Assembly (NCBI GenBank): GCA_015064695.1
Contig: SVRS01000004.1
Span: 32,557 to 96,556 of the forward strand
Direction of reading: 5' to 3'
DNA length: 64,000 nucleotides
Origin: Oscillospiraceae bacterium
GTDB lineage: Bacteria > Bacillota > Clostridia > Oscillospirales > CAG-272
A program made the position numbers and the translations under genes. Positions 50,024-59,779 of this stretch are shown piece by piece; position 1 is the stretch's first letter; each line of letters starts with the position of its first letter. Under the pieces are notes generated by a model. The model searched no databases. It was not told where the DNA came from and saw nothing but the letters and a program-made list of their open reading frames with translations.

Positions 50024-50650
50024 ATGCGCGCATTCATCTACACAGGCGGCACCGTCCGCACCGAGCATATTACCGAGCATCCCAAGGCTGACGACCTCAC
50101 CATCGCCGCCGATTCGGGCTACCATACCGCCGTCGCTCTGGGCGAGCGCATCGACCTGCTCCTGGGGGATTTCGATTCCATCGGGCAGATCCCCCGAGAC
50201 GAGAAATTTGAAATTCAGCAGGTCCCTGCCGAGAAGGATTACACCGACACCCAACTGGCCGTGGAGATCGCCATCGACCGCGGGGCTGACGAGCTGATCA
50301 TCATCGGGGGGCTGTCGGGACGGCTGGACCATACCCTCTCCACCCTGTCCATCCTGGAGGACCTCCACGCCCGCGGTCTCCACGGCTACATCACCGACGG
50401 GCAGTCCCGCGCCCATTATTTGAAATCCTCCTCCACTCTGGTGGCCCGCAGTGGGTACAAGTACCTGTCCCTCGTGGCCGCTGACGAGGTGGTAAAGGGG
50501 GTAGACATTGAAGGGTGTAAGTACCCTCTCAAGCGCGCCACCCTCCGCCGCCGCAACCAGTTCGCCGTGTCCAACGAGATCACGGGGAACGTAGCCTTCA
50601 TCGCGGTGAAAAAAGGCGGCATCTACATCATCGAGTCGCGGGATCTGTAA
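50024..50650 (+). CDS. thiN: Thiamine diphosphokinase
   Basis: ...LTIAADSGY...LLLGDFDSI...EKDYTDTQLAVE...IIIGGLSGRLDHTL... is the TPK catalytic signature. Confidence 0.85.
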   Translation: MRAFIYTGGTVRTEHITEHPKADDLTIAADSGYHTAVALGERIDLLLGDFDSIGQIPRDEKFEIQQVPAEKDYTDTQLAVEIAIDRGADELIIIGGLSGRLDHTLSTLSILEDLHARGLHGYITDGQSRAHYLKSSSTLVARSGYKYLSLVAADEVVKGVDIEGCKYPLKRATLRRRNQFAVSNEITGNVAFIAVKKGGIYIIESRDL

Positions 50651-50679
50651 CCGCCCGAATATGTAGCTGCCCTCAATCG

Positions 50680-50713
50680 AAAAAAGAGCCCGGACGTCCG
50701 GGTTCTTTTTTTT
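50680..50713. terminator. Bidirectional terminator between thiN and eutH
   Basis: AAAAAAGAGCCCGGA-CG-TCCGGGTTCTTTTTTTT. Confidence 0.75.
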
Positions 50714-50781
50714 GCGGCAATGGCAGGCTCCGCCCCATTGTCGGGTTTCCCCGGGGAAATCGGAAATCGCCGCCGTTTTAT

Positions 50782-51858
50782 TTACACTCTTTTCTGCATT
50801 TTCGCATACAAAAGCTGCGCAACTGCCACGGCGCAAATGCCGGCTACCAGCTTGCCGATCATCACGGGAAGCACGTATTCTCCGTTGAAGGACATGGTAA
50901 AGGCCAGATGCCCTGCAAAGGTAAACGCCGCGGAAACCGCAAAGGCGGAGTTCAGTACCACGCCCTTATCGTCCATATCCCTCATCATACCGAAGGTGGT
51001 CACGTTGGTAGCCAACGTACCCACGAAGCCCAGGGCCGATACCTCATTCATCCCCACCCGCTCGCTGATCTTCTTCATAGGCCTCTTGATCAGCCTGCTG
51101 AGAATGGCCAGCAGGGGGAACGCGCCGGTCATGACCGCCGTTGCATTGAAGCAAACCATCACGCCCTCCTCCACGGGAGCCGTGTGGGGAATATCAAAGC
51201 CCAGGGTAAACTCTGCAATACCCACCAGCAGGCCGATGACGATGATGGTCTTGATGACGATACCGAAAACGTTAAAAATTTTGATGCAGACACGGGGGAT
51301 CTTGAGAAGCCCGATGGTAAGGACGACCGAGAACAGTGCCAACGGAACGACACTCATGGCCAGCTCCGCGGGCGACATCCCCAGCATAAGTCCCGAAGCA
51401 ATACACCCCACGGGAATTGCCGCGATACCCGCCATAAGGCCGAGCATGACGCTGTTTCTCTGCTCCGGCTTGGTTACGCCGAGGGCAAGAGGAAGGGAGA
51501 AGGAGATAGTCGCGCCCATCATGGAGCCCACTACCAGCCCGTTGAAATACCCGGCGGATTCGGTTTTGGCAAGCTCCATGGACAAGGGGGCACCGCCCAT
51601 ATCATTCGCCAGGAGCGAGCCCGCGATCACAGAGGGCTCAAAGAAGGGGAGCCTGTCGGAGACCACCCGTAGGACGGGCTCGATCCAGGCGGCGATCAGC
51701 GGGGCCAGCACGATCATACCCACCATAGAAATGATCATGGTTCCCATAATCAGAATGCCGCGTTCAAATTCCTTGCCGACGCCCAGGTGATTGCCCGTCA
51801 GGTAATCCACCGCGCCCACCACCGAGAACAAGAGCATCACGATTGAAATCACATTCAT
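50782..51858 (-). CDS. eutH: EutH-family permease (ethanolamine-utilisation protein H homologue), orphan
   Basis: ...GAVDYLTGNHLGVGKEFERGILIMGTMIISMVGMIVLAP...AGSLLANDMGG...GSMMGATISFSLPLALG... is collinear with E. coli EutH as I recall it. No other eut genes are in the window. Confidence 0.75.
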   Translation of the reverse strand: MNVISIVMLLFSVVGAVDYLTGNHLGVGKEFERGILIMGTMIISMVGMIVLAPLIAAWIEPVLRVVSDRLPFFEPSVIAGSLLANDMGGAPLSMELAKTESAGYFNGLVVGSMMGATISFSLPLALGVTKPEQRNSVMLGLMAGIAAIPVGCIASGLMLGMSPAELAMSVVPLALFSVVLTIGLLKIPRVCIKIFNVFGIVIKTIIVIGLLVGIAEFTLGFDIPHTAPVEEGVMVCFNATAVMTGAFPLLAILSRLIKRPMKKISERVGMNEVSALGFVGTLATNVTTFGMMRDMDDKGVVLNSAFAVSAAFTFAGHLAFTMSFNGEYVLPVMIGKLVAGICAVAVAQLLYAKMQKRV

Positions 51859-51870
51859 CTGAAGCCTCCG

Positions 51871-52701
51871 TCAAATCCTATGGGGTACAAAGCCGCTTTT
51901 TTCCAACGTCAGCACCTCGGTAAAGCCACAGGCCCGCGCCATATCCAGAGCTTCTCCGAAATGGCAATCCAGGAAGCGGTTATCATGGCAATCCGAGCTG
52001 ATCACGATCCCACACCCCAAGGCCTTCATTTCCTTCAGGAGAAAGGGCTCGGGATAGGCCGTGGTTCTGTAACCGCGGGAGATGGCACCCGTATTGATCT
52101 CAAACACGGAACAGGCCTCCTTAAGCGTATGGAGAGCCTCCAGCGCGCAGGCACGGTACTCCTTCGAGGCAGTATCGAAAAAGCTCCTTGTTTCCACGTG
52201 CTTCGTAATCAGGTCAAAATGACCGATGATATCGCTTTGGGCATATTTCGGAAGCTCACAAAGAGTTTCGTAGTATTTCTTTGCGTACTTCATTCCGTCG
52301 CCGTCGAAATACACGTCGATCACTCGCTCTACCTCGTCAGCCCCTCGGTCGAAGCCTACGAACTCGTTCCCTACCTTCAGATAATGTACCGAGCCGATGA
52401 TATAGTCATAGCCCGTAAGCGGATCTTCGGAATACATATCGAATTCGATGCCGCAAAGCACGTCGATCCGGCCCTTGTATTTCTCCGCAAGAGCCCGCAC
52501 GGTTTTCTTATATTCTTCCGTACCCTCCACGGACATGGAATGGGAAGGAGCATAGGACATATAGGAATGCCCCGAAAAGCCGATGGAGGTAAAGCCAAGC
52601 TCCATCGCCCGTCGGATGGTAGATTCATAATCGTCCTTCCCATCGCAAAGCACGCCATGGGTATGCAAATTCTGCGTATACACCTTCATATCCGATTTCA
52701 T
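51871..52701 (-). CDS. PHP-domain histidinol-phosphatase (HisJ) family protein
   Basis: MKSDMKVYTQNLHTHGVLCDGKD...FSGHSY...GSVHY...GHFDL... are the PHP metal-binding motifs. The ATG at 52699-52701 lies just after the niaR stop, with GGAGGG RBS. Confidence 0.75.
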   Translation of the reverse strand: MKSDMKVYTQNLHTHGVLCDGKDDYESTIRRAMELGFTSIGFSGHSYMSYAPSHSMSVEGTEEYKKTVRALAEKYKGRIDVLCGIEFDMYSEDPLTGYDYIIGSVHYLKVGNEFVGFDRGADEVERVIDVYFDGDGMKYAKKYYETLCELPKYAQSDIIGHFDLITKHVETRSFFDTASKEYRACALEALHTLKEACSVFEINTGAISRGYRTTAYPEPFLLKEMKALGCGIVISSDCHDNRFLDCHFGEALDMARACGFTEVLTLEKSGFVPHRI

Positions 52702-52702
52702 T

Positions 52703-53218
52703 TCAATTACCCTCCACCAAAATTCCCAGGTCGGACAGCGCGCGGATGATACGGTCAAAAGTATCCTCATCCTTCACCGCGATGGTGTGAATATGGACGC
52801 CCTCGGTCAGCAGAGAGAGGGGCAACGCTCCCGTCTCCTTGGTGCGGAGAATGAATTGATCCGCCTCATAGCGAGAGGTAATATGCATATTGGCCGACAG
52901 GCATCCGTACAGAGGATGCTCCACGATGACGTCCAACACCTGGCCGCCGTGATCCACCACCGCATAGAACTCGTCGGCAATGGCCCCAGCGTCATGCTTC
53001 ACCGCAACGTGCTTGAGCAGACCGCTGACGGCGGTCTCCAGGATATATCCGCGATTGACGGCCGTGATGCGATGGCCTGCCGCCCGCAAGAGAGCGATAT
53101 CTGCCACGATGATCTGACGGGTCACGGTATACTCATCCGCCAGGCACTTGGCACTGATGGGAGCTTCACTTTCCCGCAGACGTTCCAAAATCGCCGCTCT
53201 TCTTTCTTGTCCGTTCAT
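52703..53218 (-). CDS. niaR: Transcription repressor NiaR (HTH + 3H domain, niacin-responsive)
   Basis: ERRAAILERLRESEAPISAKCLADEYTVTRQIIVADIALLRAAGHRITAVNRGY... followed by a His-containing 3H-like C-terminal domain (HVAVKH...VVDHGG...IVEHPLYG...HIH). Confidence 0.8.
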   Translation of the reverse strand: MNGQERRAAILERLRESEAPISAKCLADEYTVTRQIIVADIALLRAAGHRITAVNRGYILETAVSGLLKHVAVKHDAGAIADEFYAVVDHGGQVLDVIVEHPLYGCLSANMHITSRYEADQFILRTKETGALPLSLLTEGVHIHTIAVKDEDTFDRIIRALSDLGILVEGN

Positions 53219-53252
53219 GATGATCTCCTTCTATTTCCTAATTTTCAATAAA

Positions 53253-53444
53253 GGGAGCCTCTAAATATTCTGCGTGCGGTGAGAGCCGAGTGAGCTCGGC
53301 GGCGAGAAGATTTTTCGTCAGCCCGCCCTGCGGGCGCTAAACAAAAAAATCGCGCGCAGGGTTTATCCTCTGCGAAGAATTTTTGTAACGAATGACGGAA
53401 AAGATTCCGCCGATTCGCCGTGCGAAGAATTTTTAGAGGTTCCC
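53253..53444 (-). mobile_element. MITE-like TIR element, copy C (192 bp, with two extra internal hairpins)
   Basis: It has the same ends as copy B. Extra palindromes GCCGAGTGAGCTCGGC and GCCCGCCCTGCGGGCGC are inserted. Flanks are TAAA and TAAG. It lies between the CPBP stop (53453) and the niaR start (53218). Confidence 0.65.
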
Positions 53445-53452
53445 TAAGCTTG

Positions 53453-54319
53453 TCACGGAATGGAATCCGTATCGGGCGCGAGATAAATCTCCTCCACGCA
53501 GGACAGATCCAGAGTAAAGAACTGCCAAACCAGGTAAGCCGTCGTGGAGACAGCCAGCACTGCGGTGAAGATCACGGTGGGAGTATCCCACCAGGTGCCG
53601 CCTCCCAGAGTAGGGAGTAGATTTCCGCAGAAATCGTAGACGGCGTGGAGCAGGACGCAGAGCCAGATATTGCGGGTCTTGAAAAGCACCACCGAGCACA
53701 TGGCTCCAATGAGGAAGGAATACCCGATCTGCAGGATCACGCCGCCGATACCCGCACCCATAAAGACGTTCAGCAGATGCACGCCGCCGAATACGGCCGA
53801 GGACAGGATCAGACTCCAGAACAAGCCCTTACGGGTGGTGCGTCGCTTTTCAGCGAAGGACAACAGGATCACGCCGCGGAAAGCGAACTCCTCAAACAAG
53901 CCGATGGCCAGGCATTCCAGGGAAAACCAGATGAGATACGCAGGCGCTTTGTGGATCAGATAGGCATCCCCCACGGCCAGAGAGAGAATCGGCAGATTGT
54001 TCACCACCACCAAAAAAGGCGGCACTGCAAACAGAAGGGATTTCCAAAAGGGAGCCTGCAGGGGATTCATGACCCGAAAGCCCTCGTGAAGAAGCAGGGC
54101 AAGGAACACCACCGCCCCCAGAATGCGGGTCAGGGTCATGCTGATGAGCGGGGATAGAACGGGATCCTCGGACAGCTCCGGCCGTTGGATCTCCAGCCAC
54201 AGAAGGACGGGCAAAGCTGCGCAGATCAGGATCAGACAGGCCCGTCGGGATACGTAGCGGCGGCGAGTTTTCTTGCAGGCGGCGGATGTGTCCGTCGTCG
54301 TGCGCGGCTGATCATTCAT
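53453..54319 (-). CDS. CPBP-family intramembrane glutamic endopeptidase (CAAX protease-like)
   Basis: EEFAFRGVIL, FGGVHLLN and HAVYDF motifs in a polytopic membrane protein. The start overlaps the lgt stop by 8 nt. Confidence 0.75.
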   Translation of the reverse strand: MNDQPRTTTDTSAACKKTRRRYVSRRACLILICAALPVLLWLEIQRPELSEDPVLSPLISMTLTRILGAVVFLALLLHEGFRVMNPLQAPFWKSLLFAVPPFLVVVNNLPILSLAVGDAYLIHKAPAYLIWFSLECLAIGLFEEFAFRGVILLSFAEKRRTTRKGLFWSLILSSAVFGGVHLLNVFMGAGIGGVILQIGYSFLIGAMCSVVLFKTRNIWLCVLLHAVYDFCGNLLPTLGGGTWWDTPTVIFTAVLAVSTTAYLVWQFFTLDLSCVEEIYLAPDTDSIP

Positions 54320-55118
54320 GGGCTTCCTCCTCGGACGCGGGAACCGGTGCAATCGCCGCGCTCCGACGGTCCAGATACAGCTCGACGGCCAGCAGAACCA
54401 GGCCGCCCGCCAGCAAGAGAACCGAGATCAGTTGAGAGGGTGTGAGGAAATCCACCACCGTTGCCCCTCGGTAATCTCCCCGCAGGATCTCTGCGACAAA
54501 GCGCCAACAGGCGTAGGTGATCATGTAGATCGGCATTTCGTAACGCTTCCCTTTGCGGTAAAGAATCAGCAGGACCGCCGACAGAGCGAAGAGGAACAGC
54601 GCCTCAAAGAGCTGAACGGGAATGACCTTGTGATCCATCCCCACCATCTGAACGGCGTACCATGCATCGCTCCGAGCGCCGTAGCAGCAACCCGCCATCA
54701 AGCATCCCAGCCGTCCGAAGCCGTGAGCCACGGTGATGGCCGCGGGCGCCAGATCGGACACGTCGCGGAACTGACGGACGTGATACCCATCGGCATACAA
54801 AAATCGGCCTGCCACAAAATAGATGACGATGAACATGGCCGTTCCGCCGATCAGGCCGCCGTAAAAGGTCGAGCCTGTACTGTTCACGATCTCAAAGTGT
54901 CCGCTCGCCATGTAGTTGTAGAAGGCCTGGAACAGAACGGCAAAGCCGTAGCCCAGCACCACGGCGGCGATGGTATTGAACAGGATCAGATTTTGCAGCT
55001 TCGCCTTCATTTTTCGCCAATCAGCCTGCAGGCGAATGAAGGCCATACAGACGATCACGCCTACGGAAATCAGAATGGTATACAGGTCCATCCCGAAAAC
55101 GATATCATATGGATACAT
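54312..55118 (-). CDS. lgt: Prolipoprotein diacylglyceryl transferase
   Basis: ...HGFGRLGCLMAGCCYG... is the Lgt signature in a polytopic membrane protein of 268 aa. Confidence 0.9.
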   Translation of the reverse strand: MYPYDIVFGMDLYTILISVGVIVCMAFIRLQADWRKMKAKLQNLILFNTIAAVVLGYGFAVLFQAFYNYMASGHFEIVNSTGSTFYGGLIGGTAMFIVIYFVAGRFLYADGYHVRQFRDVSDLAPAAITVAHGFGRLGCLMAGCCYGARSDAWYAVQMVGMDHKVIPVQLFEALFLFALSAVLLILYRKGKRYEMPIYMITYACWRFVAEILRGDYRGATVVDFLTPSQLISVLLLAGGLVLLAVELYLDRRSAAIAPVPASEEEAHE

Positions 55119-55157
55119 GAAATTCCTCCTTTGAAATTTGGACGCCCGAGCGCCCCG

Positions 55158-56225
55158 TTAATGGTATTTCTTCATGCTCTGCACACCGCTTCGCATGATA
55201 CAAAACCGCAAGGCGGGCGAGCATAGGATCCTTCTCTTTTGCACCTTCCCGCAAAGCTTTCTGCGCAGAGGACGGCTTTTTCTTTTGTAAATCTGCAGAA
55301 CCCGATCCGTCGCATACCCCTCGGCAAAGGCCTCCGCCAGCAAGCGGGCGCTGTACAGGGCATTGCTGATACCCTCAAAGGAGCTGGCGCTGATAAAGCC
55401 GGCCGCCTCGCCCACCAGTAAAACCCGTCCCTCGCCGTTGCAGAAATCCCGTTTTCGGCGGGGGCTGGTGACCAGACAGGCCTCGGTCTTAAGGGGCTCT
55501 CCGAAGCGGATGCCCAAAAACTCCTCCAGGCGTGCCTTCTGCTTTTCGAAATTCTCGCGGCATTTTTCGGGTTCAAAGGCGCCGCCGTACAGGATATGAT
55601 CCTCCTTGCGGATGGTCCAGGAGCAGCTGTCGCTGGTATCGGGATCAAATATACAGGAATAGGGCGGGAAGGGCAGATCGCCGCAGGAAAAGGTCTGCTG
55701 GATCGCCACATACTTTTTGATGCGACGCTTAAAAAAGGTTTTCCGCACCATGGAGGCTGCGCCGTCAGCCCCGATCAGATAGCGTGTCGTGACGCATTGG
55801 GTCTCCCCATTGCGTGAAAGCCGAAGAAGAATGTTTTCCCCCTCCTGACTCGCGGATACACAGCGACCCTCGTACACCTCCGCCGCGGGCGGAATCAAGG
55901 AGATCAACCAAAAGTCAAAGGCAAGGCGATCCATATTCAAATAGTGTCGCTGGTAATGCCGAACGAGGCCACTACGCAGGTCGATGGTTTCCACGTCAAA
56001 GATCTGCGGATCGGCCAAAAGCGCCTTGGGCAGGGTCATATTCATGCGTGCAAAGATTTGCTGGGCATCCGGAGCCAGCAAGCCGCCGCACACCTTGGGG
56101 TTTTTCGCGGTCTGGCCGTCCACCAGCAACAGGCGCACCTCAGGGAGGAGCGCGGCCATCTCCTTTGCCAACACAGCTCCTGCCGGGCCTCCGCCCACGA
56201 TCACTACGTCATATATATCGTTCAT
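55158..56225 (-). CDS. FAD-dependent oxidoreductase (geranylgeranyl-reductase-like)
   Basis: MNDIYDVVIVGGGPAGAVLAKE (GxGxxG) and a GD motif (LLVGEAAGFISASSFEGI). Confidence 0.7.
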   Translation of the reverse strand: MNDIYDVVIVGGGPAGAVLAKEMAALLPEVRLLLVDGQTAKNPKVCGGLLAPDAQQIFARMNMTLPKALLADPQIFDVETIDLRSGLVRHYQRHYLNMDRLAFDFWLISLIPPAAEVYEGRCVSASQEGENILLRLSRNGETQCVTTRYLIGADGAASMVRKTFFKRRIKKYVAIQQTFSCGDLPFPPYSCIFDPDTSDSCSWTIRKEDHILYGGAFEPEKCRENFEKQKARLEEFLGIRFGEPLKTEACLVTSPRRKRDFCNGEGRVLLVGEAAGFISASSFEGISNALYSARLLAEAFAEGYATDRVLQIYKRKSRPLRRKLCGKVQKRRILCSPALRFCIMRSGVQSMKKYH

Positions 56226-56333
56226 ACCGTGATCCTTCCTTCCGCACGTATTCTTTTTCGTTTGAAAGACCCTTTCAGAGGTCCGGGCGTTTCTCTTCAT
56301 TATACCTTATGAATATGAACATGGAGTAAACAA

Positions 56334-56376
56334 TCCGAAAAAAATCCGAGGAAACCGCAAGGCTTCCTCGGATTTT
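56334..56376 (-). terminator. Intrinsic terminator after ftsK
   Basis: AAAATCCGAGGAA-ACCGCAAGGC-TTCCTCGGATTTT, with an A-run on the plus strand that reads as a T-run on the minus strand. Confidence 0.7.
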
Positions 56377-56383
56377 CGGTGGA

Positions 56384-59300
56384 TCAAAGATCGTCAAAGT
56401 CTCCCTCGTCGCCACCCTCGCTACCGCCGTTTCCGGGCAATCCGTTGGCGCGGTATTCCAGGTATTCCTGCTTGGTGATCAGCACCTTGCGTCCCTGCTT
56501 GGTGCCGGGATCGGGACCGACGAAGCCAAGCTCCTCCATACGGTCGATGATCTTGGCAGCTCGTCCGTAGCCCAGATTCAAAGCGCGCTGGAGAGCCGAG
56601 GTACCGATCTTATCCTTTCCTGCGGCCACCTCCAGAGCCTCCCAGAACTTGGGATCCTCGTTGTCCTTACGGCCGCCGCCTCCGCCGCCGCCCAGGCCGC
56701 TGAAGTCGTCGATATCCATCTGCTCTGCACCGCCCTTCTTCTTACCGGCGGCACATTTCGCGGCCTCGATCTCGATCTGACGGGTGAAGGATTCATCAAA
56801 CTCACCCCGTTCGTTGTTCTCCTTGAGGAAGGTCACCACTCGCTCTACCTCGCCGTCGCTGACGAAGGTTCCCTGCACACGCAGGGGCTTGGTGGTGCCC
56901 ACGGGAGAGTAAAGCATATCTCCTCGGCCGATGAGCTTCTCGGCACCCACGGTATCGATGATGATACGGGAGTCAACCGACTGAGTAACCGTAAAGGCAA
57001 TACGGGAAGGAACGTTGGCCTTGATCAAACCGGTAATAACGTCGGTGGAGGGCCTCTGAGTACCCAGGATCAGGTGCATACCTGCGGCTCTTGCCTTCTG
57101 TGCCAGACGGCAGATAGCGGTCTCCACCTCGTTGGAGGCGGTCATCATGAGGTCGGCCAACTCATCGATGATGATGACCATCTGGGGCATATAGGGACGA
57201 GCAGGATCGTCGGCCGTCACCTCGTTATAGCCCGCGATGTTACGAACACCCACCTCCTCGATCAGCTCGAAGCGACGCTCCATCTCGTTGACCGCCGAGT
57301 TCAGCGCGCCTGCGGCCTTCTTGGGATCACTGATAATGGGGCAGTACAGATGAGGCAGATCGCGGTAGACTGCAAACTCTACCTTTTTGGGGTCGATCAG
57401 AATGAGCTTGACCTCGTCGGGCTTAGCCTTGTAGAGGATACTCATAATGATGGAGTTGATACAGACCGACTTACCCGAGCCGGTGGTACCCGCCACCAGC
57501 AGGTGGGGCATTTTGTTGATATCCAGAATTACGGGACGGCCTGAAACGTCCGCGCCCAGACAAGCGGCAATGCGGCTCTTGTGGTTACGGAACTCGGGAG
57601 TTTCCAGAATGTTTCGGAAATAAACGGTGGAGGGCTCGGCGTTCGGCACCTCGATACCCACGGCGGCCTTACCGGGGATAGGAGCCTCGATACGCACGCC
57701 CGCCTTTGCCATACCCATGGCAATATCGTCCACCAGGTTGGCAATGGAGCGAACGCGGACACCCGAATCGGGCTTGACCTCAAAGCGGGTGATGGTCGGT
57801 CCGCAGGAGCAGGAGATCTCTCTGACACCGATGCGGAAGCTCTCCAGCACCTCGCGGAGGATCTGCGTGTTCTCAGCGATCTCCTCCTCGTTTGCCTCGT
57901 ATCGGTTACTTCCCTTAGTCAGCAAATCGATGGGAGGGAATACGTACTCACGGGGAGGCATATCCTCATCTCCCTCGCCGTCCTCGGATGCATCGCGGGC
58001 AGAAGAGATCACGACCTCCTCCTCGGAAAGCCCTGCCTCCGCTACGGCGGCCGTCTCGCTCTTCAGAATGCGAACCGTGGCATAGGGATCGTTCTTACCG
58101 GTCTGAGTCCGGAGAGGCGTCTCACCGTTATCGGTAATTACCTCGTATTTCACTTTGGGAGCGGGCGTATCCTCGAAATCGTCATCGTAGCCCACCTCCA
58201 TGGTTTCGGCACTCATATCCTCATCGTCTGCAAAATCCTCAGGCTCCACGGCCTCCGTCCGCAGGGTCTCAGCCTGGGTGCGGGAAGCCGTATAGACGGG
58301 TGCCGATCTCTTTTCTCTGGTCTCGCTGCGGGCCTCCGTACGGGGTCTCTCCGGAGCAGGCTCGGGAATTACCTCCGCGGGCGTATCATAGAAGGGCAGT
58401 CCCTCCGGCTCATAATTGTTTCCGTCCTCGTCAAAGGGAGCGGGATCTCGCTTGTCGTTGCGGCGAAGGACGCTCTTGCTACCGCGGGATCTCTCGGTTC
58501 CCAGCACCTCGCCGGTACGGGAATTGACCACCAGATTGTCTTCGGCAGCTCCCATACCATCATCGTAAGTCCCCGAGGACTCCTCGGTGGCATCGGCGTA
58601 GGTATCACGGGCAGAGGATTTCTTCTTGTTCCGTCCCTGCCGGCTGTCCTCACCTTCGACTCTTCGGTTATCGGAGCGGCGATCGGTCTTACGGTCGGAG
58701 CTACGGGCGGATTCGTCGCCGTAGGACTCGTTCTCCTTGTATTCGTCGTCCTCTCCGTCGGGAATCTCGTCCTCGGCCTCCTCGGTGTATTCTTCATTCG
58801 CCTTCGCCTCGGCACGCTCCGCGCGGCGGACAGCCCGCTCCTCAGCGGAATCCTGTATGCTCTTCTTCATGGCCTTACCGATCTTGATGGCAACAGCCAC
58901 AGGGCTCACGCCTACCAGGTACATAAGCAGAGGAGGAAGCACCAGCACCGCCACCAGAATGGTTCCGGGCAGCCGCAGACCCATGTACAGCAGATATCCC
59001 GGATATCCGCCCAGGATACCGCCGCTGGCAAAGGTGGCACCGGTTTTAAACAGGGTGACAAAGCTCAAGGTCTGAGCCAGCTCGCCCGTGGTATCCAGCG
59101 CACAGTCGAACACGTGGATCACGGCCGCCAAAAGGATCAGCGTAAACACCGACAGGAAGGTCTTGACGGGAATGCGCCCCTCGGTGTAGCGCCGTCTCCA
59201 GAAGACCATCATATTGATCAGCAGGAAGGGAATGAGGTAAGCCGCCCAGCCAAAGCAACCGAACAGCAGGTAGCAGGTGTAGTAGCCCACCCATCCCATC

Positions 59301-59584
59301 AAATGGTCATCAGGGGTTGCGGCCTGGCCGATGGCATCCAAAATGAGACACGCCCCCAAGAAAATGGTAAGAATGGCCAGGATCACCGGCACAAACAGCA
59401 ATCCAAAGTCACTTTTCTTCTTGATTTTGGCCTCCATCTGGGTAGGATCCTTCCCTTTTCCGTGGGCATCCTTCTTTTTGGACGGAGCCTTGGATGCTAC
59501 CGTGGCAGTCTTAACGGAAGCGGATGACGGCTTTTTCGCCGACACCGCAGGCTTTTTCTGATTACGTCTATCTGTTTCGGACAT
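56384..59584 (-). CDS. ftsK: DNA translocase FtsK/SpoIIIE
   Basis: N-terminal TM block, long acidic/basic low-complexity linker, motor domain (LLVAGTTGSGKSVCIN..., IIIDELADLMM) and C-terminal gamma winged helix (SALQRALNLGYGRAAKIIDRMEELGFVGP). ATG at 59582-59584 with AAAGGAGGAAACC. Confidence 0.9.
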   Translation of the reverse strand: MSETDRRNQKKPAVSAKKPSSASVKTATVASKAPSKKKDAHGKGKDPTQMEAKIKKKSDFGLLFVPVILAILTIFLGACLILDAIGQAATPDDHLMGWVGYYTCYLLFGCFGWAAYLIPFLLINMMVFWRRRYTEGRIPVKTFLSVFTLILLAAVIHVFDCALDTTGELAQTLSFVTLFKTGATFASGGILGGYPGYLLYMGLRLPGTILVAVLVLPPLLMYLVGVSPVAVAIKIGKAMKKSIQDSAEERAVRRAERAEAKANEEYTEEAEDEIPDGEDDEYKENESYGDESARSSDRKTDRRSDNRRVEGEDSRQGRNKKKSSARDTYADATEESSGTYDDGMGAAEDNLVVNSRTGEVLGTERSRGSKSVLRRNDKRDPAPFDEDGNNYEPEGLPFYDTPAEVIPEPAPERPRTEARSETREKRSAPVYTASRTQAETLRTEAVEPEDFADDEDMSAETMEVGYDDDFEDTPAPKVKYEVITDNGETPLRTQTGKNDPYATVRILKSETAAVAEAGLSEEEVVISSARDASEDGEGDEDMPPREYVFPPIDLLTKGSNRYEANEEEIAENTQILREVLESFRIGVREISCSCGPTITRFEVKPDSGVRVRSIANLVDDIAMGMAKAGVRIEAPIPGKAAVGIEVPNAEPSTVYFRNILETPEFRNHKSRIAACLGADVSGRPVILDINKMPHLLVAGTTGSGKSVCINSIIMSILYKAKPDEVKLILIDPKKVEFAVYRDLPHLYCPIISDPKKAAGALNSAVNEMERRFELIEEVGVRNIAGYNEVTADDPARPYMPQMVIIIDELADLMMTASNEVETAICRLAQKARAAGMHLILGTQRPSTDVITGLIKANVPSRIAFTVTQSVDSRIIIDTVGAEKLIGRGDMLYSPVGTTKPLRVQGTFVSDGEVERVVTFLKENNERGEFDESFTRQIEIEAAKCAAGKKKGGAEQMDIDDFSGLGGGGGGGRKDNEDPKFWEALEVAAGKDKIGTSALQRALNLGYGRAAKIIDRMEELGFVGPDPGTKQGRKVLITKQEYLEYRANGLPGNGGSEGGDEGDFDDL

Positions 59585-59654
59585 GGTTTCCTCCTTTGGG
59601 CGCATAAATGTATCGTAAGAGCGAGGACTCCGGCAACGGCACACCTCGCGGAAC

Positions 59655-59690
59655 AGTATTCCTTTATTATAACACAAAAGCTCCGCAATT
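59655..59690 (-). promoter_or_regulatory. Sigma-A type promoter for ftsK (minus strand)
   Basis: The minus strand reads TTGCAA-17 nt-TATAAT with a TGTG extended -10 (plus-strand text TTATTATAACACAAAAGCTCCGCAATTGCAA). Confidence 0.4.
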
Positions 59691-59779
59691 GCAAGGGCTT
59701 TGGGGAAGTTTTTTGTGATAAATGCCATATAAAAAACGATCGGATACGTTCAAGGCGAAGGGGGCCGCAAAGAACCTCG

